A stretch of 64,000 bases of DNA from Bacteroidota bacterium (GCA_947446605.1 CANFHJ010000002.1:2203-66202), one strand, 5' to 3'. Shown: positions 9,935 through 21,018, counted from the first letter of the stretch. Notes: generated by a model from the letters alone, not told the origin. Translations and numbers: made by a program.

Positions 9935-12900
9935 CTAACGTAATATTGTAAAATTTCCTTTTTGGGTATATGATTTCTCATCCCAACCTGTGAAATCTAC
10001 AATGTAAAAGTACACGTCTGATTGCACCTCATTTGATTTATAGGCACCGCTAAAAGCTTCTTTCTTATTATAGGTTTCAAAAATGCGTTCACCCCAGCGG
10101 TTGTAAATTTGTAAATGATAATCTTTCACAAATACAGGAACAGTTTTAAAAACATCATTTAAGCCATCTCCATTGTCTGTATAGGCATTTGGCGCGTATA
10201 ATAGCGGCAATTGAATGAGGTTAATGGTGTTTGATTTACTTGTTTGTTGATTGCCCACCAAACTCTCATAGGCCATAATGGTATACTCATATAATCCATT
10301 ATCATAATTCAACTTATTGTCAATTGTAAGCAGTGGTTTAGTACCAGTTGTGAAAAATAAATTTTCATTATACAAACCAGGTTCGGTTTTTAATACTTCA
10401 TACCTATTTATTCCTACAGACCAGTAATCGTAAGGAAGCCAATTCATATGATTTGAAAAGGGCTCTGCACTACCTTTTAATAAAATTGTACAAGCCTCCT
10501 TGTTGTTCTTACTTTTATTTCCGCACAAATCGAAATTCACCAATTGGTAGCAATAACTATAATCACTCACCTTTACATTAGCATCAATAAATTGGGTGTC
10601 GCTTACAGTATTTATGGTGCTTTCAAGACTGTAGGTGCCAACACGGCCCTTACGTTTCCATATTTCGTAATGCCAAAAACTATCTGATGCTGCTTGCTCA
10701 AAAATCAACGCAACATCTTTATTGTTTTGAACCGTAGCTGTGTATATGCTTAAATCTGGTGCAAAGCTCATATTGCTTTGCGCGCAGCTTGCCGCACTTG
10801 TATCTCCAAAATAATTACAGATATCATTCGAACTAATTTCATAGCAGGTACTTTGGTTCGGGTCTAATGTAAATTTGTCTGTATAATTAGTTGCATTTAA
10901 ATTGCTAATAATGGCAATTAAGGTTCTAAGGCCATTTACTTTTCTATATAAATAAAGATTTTTTGAAAATGGTTTTTTCTGAAATGCCGACCATTCCAAA
11001 TAAACAGAATCTTTGTTGATTTTCTTTGGACAGCTTATTGTTGGCGGTATTGCAGGCTCAGGAGGGATTACATAAAATTGAATAATCTTCTGCGTTTGTC
11101 TAAAATTTGGACAAGCGTTATCTCGCACTAATAATTTTATTTCAAGGGTATCTGAAAAAATATCTGCACAAGTTGGAACCCAATTCACACTTAAATTGGC
11201 AGAGCCTAATTGATTTTGAATAAGGGTAAGTCCCTTGTTTTTTAGAATAAAACTACCTGATAATTTTATGAAAACAGAATCCTTTGGGTCTTTTGAATTG
11301 ATGCTAAAATTTTGATTAAGGGTATCAAATGCATGCAATACAAATACTTCTTTTTGTATATTTTGAAAAACAGGAACAGTGCTGGTATCGTTTTTGTCAA
11401 TGCTGCATATAGTTCTTGAAGAATCTCCTGGAATGCCGCATTTGTTAAGAGATACCATCTGATAGCAATAATTAATATTCAAATTATCTGGAGAGGTTGG
11501 GTCGGAATAAATTGTACTAATTTGATTTCCTATTGAATCTTTGTATTGATACGATCCGCCATTGATACTGCGGATAATATTGTATTTTAAAAAGTTAACA
11601 TCAGCAATACTGTTTTGCCATTTTAATTCTAAAGTACTGTCATTAATTACCTTAATACATTCTGGAAAAGGTGGACCAATAATAGGTTCGGGCTCAATTA
11701 CTATTTTAATTTTTCCATAAACAGTATTGGAATTAGGACAAGCATCATCGTCAAATTTAAGGTCAATTACAATAGTATCGCTTGGGTAGTCTGAACAAGA
11801 AGGTGTCCAATTGATGTTTCCATTTAACAAGCCTGGTACATTGTTTAGAATCTTTAAAATAGCAGGATTGTTAATTCTATCAATTACACTTCCACTTCCT
11901 GTCATGGAAAGATTGGCGTCGGGATTACAAGTTACAGTGAAATCATAATTTAAATTATGACCAACCATAATGGTTAAAATGGTATCCTTGAAAACAGGCG
12001 GACCTAAATAAGTGCGCATGTCGAATTTAAATAATGCCAAATTACATCCGCCAACATTTGGATTGTAAGCACGCTTGCCAGGATTTGTTCTAGAATAAGC
12101 AGTAGTTGTAGTTGGGAAGTCGCTTAAGCCACCACAGCCAGCACATACAGCCTGGTATACAATTCCTGATTTATCGAAATGACTGGTGCCACCATCAACA
12201 TGTTCCTGGCTAAAGGCGCCGCCATAATAAGAGGCATATAATAATTTGCTAAAGTTTTGGCCTAATACCATCAAATAAAAATCAGAACCATCTGTTGTTT
12301 TTTGAAATGCATCATTGCTTAGTGGCAATCCAGAAATATTGTCCATGCCATTGTGGTAACTTTGATTGGTACCGCCACCCCAACCACTCAAATAAATTCT
12401 ACCACATACATCTACCATAAAAGCTGTTGGAGATAGGGATGGGTCTGTTCCAGATTTTCCAAAAGTTGTACTGGCTAGAACATTACTTAATGTTGGATCA
12501 TACTTTTGCAGAAATTGTCGGGTATTGGCTTGCCCATAGGTTCCAGTTGTTTTAGGAATTAATCCATTGGTTTGACCCAATGAGTAAATATTATTTTGCG
12601 CATCCGTTTGCACAAAAAATACTTGATCGTAGGCAGTAGTTCCAATATAAATCAATTTTTGTTTAACACCAGAACCAGAGAATTTTGCAATAAATCCATC
12701 TACATCACCACTATAACTAAATGCAGCGCTGTTATACAAAAGGGTAGAGCTTGTTGTTCCTCCTCCAATAATAAGTTCATTTAGATTGTTAAAACACATG
12801 GAATGTGCAGATTCATCTCCTGCTGATCCAATATAGGTACTGTATAAAATAGTGCTGAGGTTATTGTTTAATTTAATAATATAGGCATCTTGTGTTCCTC

Positions 12901-14278
12901 CGCCAAAGACAGCCTGGGAGGCATTTACCAATGGTAAACCTTGTGCTTGGGTTGATTTAGAACAAGTGGAAATATAGATATTATTGGAGATGTCGGCTAT
13001 TACTTCACCTCTAAACCAATCTGCATAATTATAGGGTAGGTTATGACTTTGTAAAGAAAAGTTGTAAACCTCAGAACCGTTAATTCCATCGTCTTCACTA
13101 CCCCCAATAAAGGTTGATGCCAAAAGGGTACTTCCTGTGCCATTTAATTTAAGAACAAATAAATCTGACTTTCCATTATAGGTTCTATCAAAACCAGAAA
13201 ATGTAACAGGGAAATTACTTGATGCCGTGGTTCCAAAAACAATAATTTCACCAGCATTAATTGTTACGCTGTGTGGCTGCTCATTGTCGCTACCCCCAAT
13301 AAAAGTTCCAAAGAGTAGGCTCGAACCTGTTGGGTTAAATTTTACAATAAATGCATCACGCGCATACTCATTATTTGCAGAATTTCCTCCAGCAAAGCTA
13401 ACGTCGTAAGCGCCTGCTGTTACAGGAAAATTAGCGGCATATACTGTTCCAGCACCATAAGCATTTCCAGCATTATCGAAACTGGCAGCAAAACCAAAAT
13501 TGTCGGCAGCACTTCCTACATATGTGCCAAAAACAACTGTTGGGTCTATGCTAATTGGCAGGTAATGATTATAAGATTTCAGTTTGAATCTTATCTTATT
13601 TCCATTTAAAATAAATTGAGTAGGGATTTTTCTTTGTTGTTCTCCAATTGACTGAAAGCTTACAGGTACTTGCTCTACAAGTTCACCTAAACTGGTTTGC
13701 ACATGCAGTTCATTGTCTTTTATGGCTATTTTATCTGCACCCGTATAAGCCAATTCTATGAGATTTGGATTGGCACCCGCTTGTAAATTGAAATTGATTT
13801 TAATGCCGTCTTTTAGGGCTAAAATTTCTAAATCAATTTTAGGATAAATATTTTTAAGTGTAATTTTTTGATAACTATAAACAAAACTCGCCCACTTGCT
13901 TGGGTCGCCCACAAAATAATTGAGATAAGCCTCACTTTGCACTTCTTTAATTACTTGGGGATTTGGGTTGGCATTTAATAAATTAACCTTTATTGCATGG
14001 AAATGAATGGAAGCCTGCTTTTTTCCATGTTCCATATGGTGCGTGGCCTCTTTATCTACAAACAAATAAGTAAGACAATTTTTTTCTACAAACAAATTTC
14101 CAATTGGAATATCCGATTTGAAAAGTACGTTTTCTGGCCACTGGCCTTTGTTTTCAGTGAATTGAATGGCAGATTTAAAGGGCAAAGAGGCATTTGCCTC
14201 CTTATTTAAAAGGCATAGTAAAAGCATATTCAAAATGAATAGCCTTACTCCTTGGTTATATTTACTGCAATGTTTCAA
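9935..14278 (-). CDS. very large T9SS cargo protein (SBBP beta-propeller repeats, internal Cys modules, type B C-terminal sorting domain)
   Basis: 1447 aa with a signal peptide. SBBP-like repeats include DAFIVKFNPTGSSLLFGTFIGG, DLFVLKLNGTGSTLLASTFIGG and DAYIIKLNNNLSTILYSTYIGS. The repeated modules end in YCYQMVSLNKCG, CYEISSNDIC and YCYQLVNFDLCG. The C-terminus (YAPNAYTDNGDGLNDVF...LQIYNRWGERIF) matches the gliding-motility-associated C-terminal (CHU_C / T9SS type B) domain. Confidence 0.8.
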   Translation of the reverse strand: MKHCSKYNQGVRLFILNMLLLCLLNKEANASLPFKSAIQFTENKGQWPENVLFKSDIPIGNLFVEKNCLTYLFVDKEATHHMEHGKKQASIHFHAIKVNLLNANPNPQVIKEVQSEAYLNYFVGDPSKWASFVYSYQKITLKNIYPKIDLEILALKDGIKINFNLQAGANPNLIELAYTGADKIAIKDNELHVQTSLGELVEQVPVSFQSIGEQQRKIPTQFILNGNKIRFKLKSYNHYLPISIDPTVVFGTYVGSAADNFGFAASFDNAGNAYGAGTVYAANFPVTAGAYDVSFAGGNSANNEYARDAFIVKFNPTGSSLLFGTFIGGSDNEQPHSVTINAGEIIVFGTTASSNFPVTFSGFDRTYNGKSDLFVLKLNGTGSTLLASTFIGGSEDDGINGSEVYNFSLQSHNLPYNYADWFRGEVIADISNNIYISTCSKSTQAQGLPLVNASQAVFGGGTQDAYIIKLNNNLSTILYSTYIGSAGDESAHSMCFNNLNELIIGGGTTSSTLLYNSAAFSYSGDVDGFIAKFSGSGVKQKLIYIGTTAYDQVFFVQTDAQNNIYSLGQTNGLIPKTTGTYGQANTRQFLQKYDPTLSNVLASTTFGKSGTDPSLSPTAFMVDVCGRIYLSGWGGGTNQSYHNGMDNISGLPLSNDAFQKTTDGSDFYLMVLGQNFSKLLYASYYGGAFSQEHVDGGTSHFDKSGIVYQAVCAGCGGLSDFPTTTTAYSRTNPGKRAYNPNVGGCNLALFKFDMRTYLGPPVFKDTILTIMVGHNLNYDFTVTCNPDANLSMTGSGSVIDRINNPAILKILNNVPGLLNGNINWTPSCSDYPSDTIVIDLKFDDDACPNSNTVYGKIKIVIEPEPIIGPPFPECIKVINDSTLELKWQNSIADVNFLKYNIIRSINGGSYQYKDSIGNQISTIYSDPTSPDNLNINYCYQMVSLNKCGIPGDSSRTICSIDKNDTSTVPVFQNIQKEVFVLHAFDTLNQNFSINSKDPKDSVFIKLSGSFILKNKGLTLIQNQLGSANLSVNWVPTCADIFSDTLEIKLLVRDNACPNFRQTQKIIQFYVIPPEPAIPPTISCPKKINKDSVYLEWSAFQKKPFSKNLYLYRKVNGLRTLIAIISNLNATNYTDKFTLDPNQSTCYEISSNDICNYFGDTSAASCAQSNMSFAPDLSIYTATVQNNKDVALIFEQAASDSFWHYEIWKRKGRVGTYSLESTINTVSDTQFIDANVKVSDYSYCYQLVNFDLCGNKSKNNKEACTILLKGSAEPFSNHMNWLPYDYWSVGINRYEVLKTEPGLYNENLFFTTGTKPLLTIDNKLNYDNGLYEYTIMAYESLVGNQQTSKSNTINLIQLPLLYAPNAYTDNGDGLNDVFKTVPVFVKDYHLQIYNRWGERIFETYNKKEAFSGAYKSNEVQSDVYFYIVDFTGWDEKSYTQKGNFTILR

Positions 14279-14414
14279 AAATTAGGTAAATATAAATAAT
14301 TGGTAGATAATAAATACCATGACCTGTTCGTATACTTTTTTAGCTAAAATTTAACGCATTTAGCAATAGGAAAAATGCTTAAATAGTTTTCATTTGTATT
14401 ACATAAAATTGAAC

Positions 14415-15203
14415 ATGGAAATTAAACCAGAACTTAAGGTAGTTTTATTGCAACAAGATCTGAAATGGGAGGATAAAATTGCCAATATCAATTTGTTTGA
14501 CAACTGTATTAAAAGCCTATCAGGTCCTGCAGACATTATAGTTTTGCCAGAAATGTTTTCTACTGGTTTTACCATGCAAGCAGAAGTTTTTGCAGAAGAT
14601 ATGTCGGGTCGAACCATACAAAAAATGAAAGATTGGGCTAGGGAAACCAATGCCGTAATTTGCGGTAGCTTAATTATTATAGAAGATCAAAAATTTTTCA
14701 ATAGGTTTATTTGGGTTGCACCAAATGGTGAAATTGAAAAGTATGATAAGGCACATTTGTTTAGGATGGGAGAGGAGGAGCAGCATTATTCAAGAGGAAC
14801 AAAGCAATTGCTGCTAAATTATAAAGGATGGAAAATAGCTCCATTTGTTTGTTATGATTTACGTTTTCCAGTTTGGATGCGCCGAACCAACAACTTCGAT
14901 TTTGATTTAATGATTATTGTGGCCAACTGGCCCGAAAGACGCATCAAGCATTGGGATGTTTTACTGCCAGCAAGGGCCGTTGAAAACCAATCTTACCTTG
15001 TTGCTGTTAATAGAATTGGCAATGATGGAAGCCAAATTTATCACTCAGGAAACTCAGCTGCTATTGACCCTATGGGAAATATTATTTACAAGCTTGAACA
15101 TGAGGCAACGGTAAAAGAATTAATTCTTTCTAAGGCTTCTTTAGATAATTACCGAGAAAGTTTCCCCCTTGGTTTAGACACAGATAAGTTTGAAATTTGC
15201 TAG
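14415..15203 (+). CDS. carbon-nitrogen hydrolase (nitrilase superfamily, omega-amidase/YafV-like)
   Basis: Glu-Lys-Cys triad contexts LPEMFSTG, YDKAHLF and VCYDLRFP. ATG at 14415 (MEIKPELKV) is preferred over the TTG at 14394. Confidence 0.8.
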   Translation: MEIKPELKVVLLQQDLKWEDKIANINLFDNCIKSLSGPADIIVLPEMFSTGFTMQAEVFAEDMSGRTIQKMKDWARETNAVICGSLIIIEDQKFFNRFIWVAPNGEIEKYDKAHLFRMGEEEQHYSRGTKQLLLNYKGWKIAPFVCYDLRFPVWMRRTNNFDFDLMIIVANWPERRIKHWDVLLPARAVENQSYLVAVNRIGNDGSQIYHSGNSAAIDPMGNIIYKLEHEATVKELILSKASLDNYRESFPLGLDTDKFEIC

Positions 15204-15257
15204 CCTTGCAACGTATTTAGTATATTAGTCGTCCAATTAGTATTGTATAGAAAAATT

Positions 15258-16394
15258 ATGACAAAGAAAATTTATAGCCTTCTCCTTTTAAGTTCAATTT
15301 TATGTGCGCCTGTTTTAGCACAAAAAAAAGCTAATGATAAAAGCAAATTAACCCCTGTACAGCCAATTCCTGCGCCAGGACAGGGCGTTTTGCAATTTGA
15401 TTACCAGAAATTTAATTTTGGAAATATCAATGAAAAAGGTGGAAGAGTTTTTCATACGTTTAAATTTATAAATTTAGGTCAAGGGCCATTACTTATAAAG
15501 AATATTCAAACTTCTTGTGGTTGTACAAATACCACCTATACCAAAACCCCAGTGCAATCAGGAGATTCTGGAGTGGTTATTGCTAGTTTTGATCCAGATG
15601 GAAGACAAGGTGAATTTGATAAAACAGTTTTAGTTGAAACAGATGGTTCACCAATAAATGTAACCCTAACCATTAAAGGGCATGTGTATGCTTCTAAATA
15701 TAATTTTACTGATACCTATAAATACCAATATGGTAATTTAGCAGTAATTACTAATAGTTTGAGCTTTAATAAAGTAAAAAATACTTCGTATGATTCTACC
15801 GAAATTGGATTATATAATATGAGTAATAAACGCATTTACGTTTATAAAATTGAAGCTCCAGGAAACGTTGAAGCTATTAAGCCTTACGACAATATGCCTC
15901 CCAATACCGATATGCGTATTAAAGTGCGCTATTATCCTAGAAAGCCAATTGAATATGGTCAAAACAGGCAAGAAATGAGAATTTTTACCAATGATGATTC
16001 ATTGCCCATTAAGAAGTTTTATATTTCAGCAAATGTTGTAGAAGACTTCAGCGTATTAACAAAAAAAGATTTAAAAAAGGCCCCTAAACTACAATTAAAC
16101 ACTACTGAGGTAGATTTAGGAAATGTGCCCTTGTTTAATTCTCCAGTTGCTATTTTCACCATAACCAATAAAGGTAAAAATGATTTAATTATCCGCAAGG
16201 TTGTAAGAAGTTGCAGCTGCTTAAATCCAGAATTGGATCAAACCATTATACCTAAAGGAAAAACAGCTACCCTTAAAGTAACTTATTCATTGGTAAATAT
16301 GGCTGGGCCAGATAGTAAAACATTAAAATTAATTACCAACGACCCAAACCAATCTGAAATAACTTTAACTGTTAAAATAAACGTAACAGAATAG
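15258..16394 (+). CDS. DUF1573 repeat protein (exported)
   Basis: Signal peptide plus two DUF1573-like modules with the characteristic Cys motifs (QTSCGCTNTTY and VRSCSCLNPE). ATG at 15258 (MTKKIYS) is preferred over the TTG at 15243. Confidence 0.7.
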   Translation: MTKKIYSLLLLSSILCAPVLAQKKANDKSKLTPVQPIPAPGQGVLQFDYQKFNFGNINEKGGRVFHTFKFINLGQGPLLIKNIQTSCGCTNTTYTKTPVQSGDSGVVIASFDPDGRQGEFDKTVLVETDGSPINVTLTIKGHVYASKYNFTDTYKYQYGNLAVITNSLSFNKVKNTSYDSTEIGLYNMSNKRIYVYKIEAPGNVEAIKPYDNMPPNTDMRIKVRYYPRKPIEYGQNRQEMRIFTNDDSLPIKKFYISANVVEDFSVLTKKDLKKAPKLQLNTTEVDLGNVPLFNSPVAIFTITNKGKNDLIIRKVVRSCSCLNPELDQTIIPKGKTATLKVTYSLVNMAGPDSKTLKLITNDPNQSEITLTVKINVTE

Positions 16395-16448
16395 TTTTCG
16401 AACTAAGCATAATTATAAATAAACTAAATTTAAAATTCAATTGATTCT

Positions 16449-17885
16449 ATGAAGAAGTTGTATGTTATCTTGTTGGGCTTTGCCGGTGGAATGGCTGGCG
16501 CAATGCTCATAAACCAATTTCAAAGTAAAGTTTTAGTATTGGAAACTGCCACTCAAAAGGAGGCTTCTTATTCCGTTGATTACAAAGTGCCCAATGCTGG
16601 AATGCCAGATTTTGTAAGGGCTAGTCAGGCATCTATACACAGCGTTGTATTTATAAAAACACTCACAAAACAAAGAGCCTACCAACAACAAGATCCCTTC
16701 TTTGATTTTTGGAATGGCATGGATTTCTTTGGACAAAGAGGACCAGTTGCGAGTTCAGGATCTGGCGTAATTTTAAGTGCAGATGGCTATATTGTTACAA
16801 ATTTACATGTGGTAAAAAATGCAGATCAAATAGAGGTAATTACCAATAACAATAAGCAATCTTATCAGGCTAGGGTAATTGGTACAGATCCCTCAACAGA
16901 TTTGGCGTTGCTAAAAATTGAAGCCAATAATTTGCCTCATGTTGTTTTAGGGAATTCAGATAAATTGCAAGTGGGCGAATGGGTTTTAGCTGTTGGTAAT
17001 CCATTTAATTTAACTTCAACCGTAACCGCCGGAATTGTAAGTGCAAAGGGTAGAAATATTAATATTGTAAATAACCAATTTCCTATAGAAAGTTTTATCC
17101 AAACAGATGCAGCAATTAATCCAGGAAACAGTGGTGGAGCCTTGGTTGATTTAGAAGGCAGGTTAGTTGGTATTAATACCGCCATTGCAAGTAATACAGG
17201 CTCTTATAACGGATATGGATTTGCAATACCCGTAAATATAGTTGCCAAAATTGTAAAGGATTTGGTTGATTATAAAACAGTACAAAGAGGTTTTACTGGA
17301 TTAGAAGTAAAAGACATTGATGCCGCCCTTGCGCAACGCTTAAATATTACCAATAACCATGGCGTGTTTGTAGAAAATGTTTTTGAAGATGGTCCTGCCG
17401 AAAAAGCGGGTCTGCGAAAAGGGGATATCTTGATTAAAATAAACGACAAGGACATTGATACCAAAGCCAATTTTGATGAGCAACTGGCTTATTTGAGACC
17501 AGGAGACAAAATACGTGTAAGCTATTTGCGCGACCAAAAAGAAATTCAAGGAACCCTTGATTTGTTGAATGAAGAAGGCAATACGGCCATTCTTAAAAAA
17601 GGCACCAAGAGCTCTGATATTTTAGGTGCAGATTTTCAAGCTATTTCTAAAGTTGAGCGTGAAAAATTAGGCGCTCGTTTTGGATACCGAATTTCTAATA
17701 TTCGTCAGGGTAGAATTGCCAATATGGGCATTCAAGAAGGTTTTATTATAACTTCTCTCAATAAGCGGGAATACGAGCGTATTGATGAACTAATAAGAGA
17801 TTTAGAGACCATGCGCGGACAAGTTTCAATAGAAGGAATTTTCCCTAATGGTGGTCGTGGTGTTTTCTCATTTTATACCTATTGA
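16449..17885 (+). CDS. HtrA/DegP-family periplasmic serine protease with PDZ domain(s)
   Basis: Triad contexts TNLHVV, TDLALLK and GNSGGALVDLEGRLVGINTA, with a PDZ-like GLRKGDILIKIND. Confidence 0.85.
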   Translation: MKKLYVILLGFAGGMAGAMLINQFQSKVLVLETATQKEASYSVDYKVPNAGMPDFVRASQASIHSVVFIKTLTKQRAYQQQDPFFDFWNGMDFFGQRGPVASSGSGVILSADGYIVTNLHVVKNADQIEVITNNNKQSYQARVIGTDPSTDLALLKIEANNLPHVVLGNSDKLQVGEWVLAVGNPFNLTSTVTAGIVSAKGRNINIVNNQFPIESFIQTDAAINPGNSGGALVDLEGRLVGINTAIASNTGSYNGYGFAIPVNIVAKIVKDLVDYKTVQRGFTGLEVKDIDAALAQRLNITNNHGVFVENVFEDGPAEKAGLRKGDILIKINDKDIDTKANFDEQLAYLRPGDKIRVSYLRDQKEIQGTLDLLNEEGNTAILKKGTKSSDILGADFQAISKVEREKLGARFGYRISNIRQGRIANMGIQEGFIITSLNKREYERIDELIRDLETMRGQVSIEGIFPNGGRGVFSFYTY

Positions 17886-17960
17886 TAATTTTATTCCTTT
17901 CATAAATCTCACTTTTTCTGCATCTTGCCAAGGCGCATAAACACTTATTAAAACTAAACT

Positions 17961-18731
17961 ATGATACGTTTCGATTATTTAGAAGCCAATAAAGACCTAT
18001 TTAGACAGCAATTTTTAGATGCCAAACCCTTTCCACATATTGGCATTGATGGCATTTGTGAAGAGGATAAACTTCTTGCCTTATACAGTCAAATTCCAGA
18101 AATTGAAACACCTAGCGCCGATTATGTTTTTGCTAAAAACAAGTTCGAAAAAAGCAAATATTATGAGTTGGGTGGCCTGTTTCAAGAATTACATGAAGAT
18201 TTCTTAGACCCTCGTTTTGCTGCATTTGTGAGCTATATTTCCAATGAAGCTATTTTTATCGACCCAACATTTTATGGTGGTGGTATTCACCAAGGTAAAA
18301 GGGGAAGCTTTTTAGATATGCATGCCGATTTTAATTACCATCCCTTGCACGATAATTGGTATAGAAACCTAAACCTATTGCTTTATATCAATAAAGATTG
18401 GAAAAAAGAACATGCTGGCGAATTAAAATTAGAAGATGGCAGAACCGGCGAAAAAACGGAAGTAGATGTGCCTTTCAACCGTTTGGCAATTATGCATTGT
18501 AGAAGTTATACTTTACATGGTTACGATCCAATTCAATTCCCTGAAGGCAAATTCAGAACCTCTATTGCAGCCTACGCCTATACCATTCATACAGATCAAA
18601 TGGAGTCTAGTAGAACAACTGTTTGGCACGTTAAAAAGGAAAGCCCAGTTAAATATTTATTGTCAAAAATTTGGGTGCCTGCAGTTAAAATCAAAAGCTA
18701 CTTTAGCAAAAGCAAAACAGCAGATCACTAG
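17961..18731 (+). CDS. 2OG-Fe(II) oxygenase family protein
   Basis: 256 aa with an HxD...H facial-triad candidate (LDMHADFNYH ... YTLHGY) in a prolyl-hydroxylase-like layout. Confidence 0.55.
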   Translation: MIRFDYLEANKDLFRQQFLDAKPFPHIGIDGICEEDKLLALYSQIPEIETPSADYVFAKNKFEKSKYYELGGLFQELHEDFLDPRFAAFVSYISNEAIFIDPTFYGGGIHQGKRGSFLDMHADFNYHPLHDNWYRNLNLLLYINKDWKKEHAGELKLEDGRTGEKTEVDVPFNRLAIMHCRSYTLHGYDPIQFPEGKFRTSIAAYAYTIHTDQMESSRTTVWHVKKESPVKYLLSKIWVPAVKIKSYFSKSKTADH

Positions 18732-20497
18732 TAACTAATTTGGTATTTTTCATTTAGCATTTCAATAGCAGCAGGCTTACCAAAAACAATTTGGCAAATT
18801 TCGCTGTCGTTATAAAGCATAACATACCTTTCTTCTTTACCTGCATCGCTTAAAGCTATGTTTAAAAGATCTACCAAACTTGTTATATCTAAGTAATAGC
18901 TGCTAGGGCTAGGATGAATGATATAGGCTTTCTTATTAGCGAAATAAGTAATTTGATAATCATAAGAGCTGGAATCGCTTTGTATTTTTGCATCAAAGCC
19001 TAAAAGGGTATCGCCTGATTTGTTTGGGTTAAGCAACATTAAATCTTTCACGTATTGCGGATAATCAATAGGATTGTCAACTGATTCCAAATCTATAGAC
19101 GTGTAAATTCCAGCTGCATCCAATACCTTATTGATATAAATTCTATGCGATTGATAGCCGCTAGAATCTGCTAAGGCCTTTTGTAATACTTTGAGTTCGT
19201 TTTTTGGGGCAATTATTCCCATTAGGGTAAGATCATTCACCATGTCCTCAATATTGCCAGTTAAGAGGGCGTAACTATCTTTAAATTCTTTTAATTTATT
19301 TTTATCATCAACATAAAACGCTGCTTTTTTACAAAATGAATCAGCTTTCATTTCAATCAAAGCATCTATGGTGTTTTGCCCCACATAATTATTTTCCTCC
19401 TCAAATCTTTCTATTAAATAAATAGGAATTCGCGCATCATGTTGAAGCCTATAAAGTTTGGTTAAAACATCCAAAGAAATATTTTTTGGCTTTTCACTTT
19501 CTATCTCCTTGTATATTTTTTTACTGTATTTATCTGTATCAATGTCAAGCAGTAGTAATAATGGTAAATCATCCAGAACGCCTTTCTTGTATTGCTTTTC
19601 GGCAAACGCGACATCTGTATTATCGCCATATTTTAATATTATTTTGGCTACAGAATTAGCAGGATTTGAAGTTGCGTTATTTGATTTTAAAGTTTCAAAA
19701 TCTTTTTGTGGCAGCAAATGATCATGCCATATTTTACGGCTTATTTCTAAACACATTTGTCGGTTCGAACCGAAATTGTTTTCTGCATAAGACTCCATTC
19801 CAGCCATGATCCAAAAGTCTTTTTTGAGATCAATTTTGCCAGCTGAAATTTGTGCGCACATCCAACTTAAAGCCTTGCTATTTTTTCCATCTTCGCCAAG
19901 CCAATAAAAGAGTCGGCCATTCTCCACATTGCCTCCCTCTAGTAAAAAAAAATCAAATTGTGTTTGGTACCCTGGGATTTTATTATAACCCGCCAACTGC
20001 ACTGCAGTTGCCGCTTCCAATCCCTCACGCATGTTTTGAAACAAGGCATTGGCAAGCGCTGGTGTTTGCAATAACTTTAGCTCTGCACCATTTAAATAGA
20101 GCTCATCGTAAATAGCAATTCTTTGCGCACTGTCTTGCCCACGTATTTGTTTAACAATTAAGCTTAGGGTATTGGTATCACCTTTTAAATACCTTTGAAC
20201 AAGACTTAGGTTCGAATCTTTTACAGCGCTTTTTGATTCAAATTGGGTTTCTATTATCTCTAATTTCATAGAAGAAATTAACAACGAATCACTAAAAATT
20301 ACAATATGCGTTGTACTTTGTCCATCCTCCTCAATCATGTCCTCAATTTGTGGAATTGCTGGAATTTCTATATTTCCTGGCTTAGAGGGCCTAAATAACC
20401 TTCTCCAAATTTGTGCATTGCTTGTGTAGCAAAGCATTAATAAGAAAATGATGGAAATTAATTTCTTGTAATTTAGGCCGGATGTAATGACTTTCAA
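18728..20497 (-). CDS. hypothetical exported protein, 589 aa
   Basis: Long ORF with a signal peptide (IIFLLMLCYTSNAQ), 2 nt downstream of the DUF1801 gene. No nameable domain. Contains palindrome copy 3. Confidence 0.5.
   Translation of the reverse strand: MKVITSGLNYKKLISIIFLLMLCYTSNAQIWRRLFRPSKPGNIEIPAIPQIEDMIEEDGQSTTHIVIFSDSLLISSMKLEIIETQFESKSAVKDSNLSLVQRYLKGDTNTLSLIVKQIRGQDSAQRIAIYDELYLNGAELKLLQTPALANALFQNMREGLEAATAVQLAGYNKIPGYQTQFDFFLLEGGNVENGRLFYWLGEDGKNSKALSWMCAQISAGKIDLKKDFWIMAGMESYAENNFGSNRQMCLEISRKIWHDHLLPQKDFETLKSNNATSNPANSVAKIILKYGDNTDVAFAEKQYKKGVLDDLPLLLLLDIDTDKYSKKIYKEIESEKPKNISLDVLTKLYRLQHDARIPIYLIERFEEENNYVGQNTIDALIEMKADSFCKKAAFYVDDKNKLKEFKDSYALLTGNIEDMVNDLTLMGIIAPKNELKVLQKALADSSGYQSHRIYINKVLDAAGIYTSIDLESVDNPIDYPQYVKDLMLLNPNKSGDTLLGFDAKIQSDSSSYDYQITYFANKKAYIIHPSPSSYYLDITSLVDLLNIALSDAGKEERYVMLYNDSEICQIVFGKPAAIEMLNEKYQISY
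19760..19773. repeat. iterated palindrome copy 3, TCGGTTCGAACCGA (perfect 14-mer)
   Basis: Read directly. Lies inside 18728..20497 and encodes GSN on the minus strand. Confidence 0.95.
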
Positions 20498-20498
20498 G

Positions 20499-20954
20499 TT
20501 ATTTTTTGATATAAAGTGTCTCGTATTGATTGATCCAATCTTGCATACTCATTTTACTTAGTAGTTCTTGAATTAATGCAAATGGAATATAATCCATTTT
20601 CTTGAAACGAATACAAGATTTACCCATATCTAATTTACCTTTTGCATGTTTAGGGTATTCTGCTACAAACCAATCTAAGAGCTTTGAGCTACCGTAAACA
20701 CCCATATGGTACAAGGCAATAAAATTTTTCTGAGAAGCAATGTTTACAAAGGGTAATGGTAATTCTGGAGTACAATGATAACCTGCAGGATAAACAGATT
20801 TTGGCACTACATAACCAATCATTCCATAGGAAATAACTTCTTGAAATCCTTTTAATTCCTTTTTGCAAATGCCCGTTAACTTTTGCATAGCCGCTTGTCG
20901 CTCCGCAGGAATTTCTTTTAAATATTCTTCAACAGTAACAGCTTTACTTTGCAT
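20499..20954 (-). CDS. DUF1801 (YdhG-like) domain protein
   Basis: 151 aa. The N-terminus VEEYLKEIPAERQAAMQKL and the overall length resemble the DUF1801 family. Confidence 0.5.
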   Translation of the reverse strand: MQSKAVTVEEYLKEIPAERQAAMQKLTGICKKELKGFQEVISYGMIGYVVPKSVYPAGYHCTPELPLPFVNIASQKNFIALYHMGVYGSSKLLDWFVAEYPKHAKGKLDMGKSCIRFKKMDYIPFALIQELLSKMSMQDWINQYETLYIKK

Positions 20955-21018
20955 AATTAGGAATAGTATAAAGGTAAATAACCCTTAAATGTCCGTTAAA
21001 AAAGGAAACTTCAGCGAA

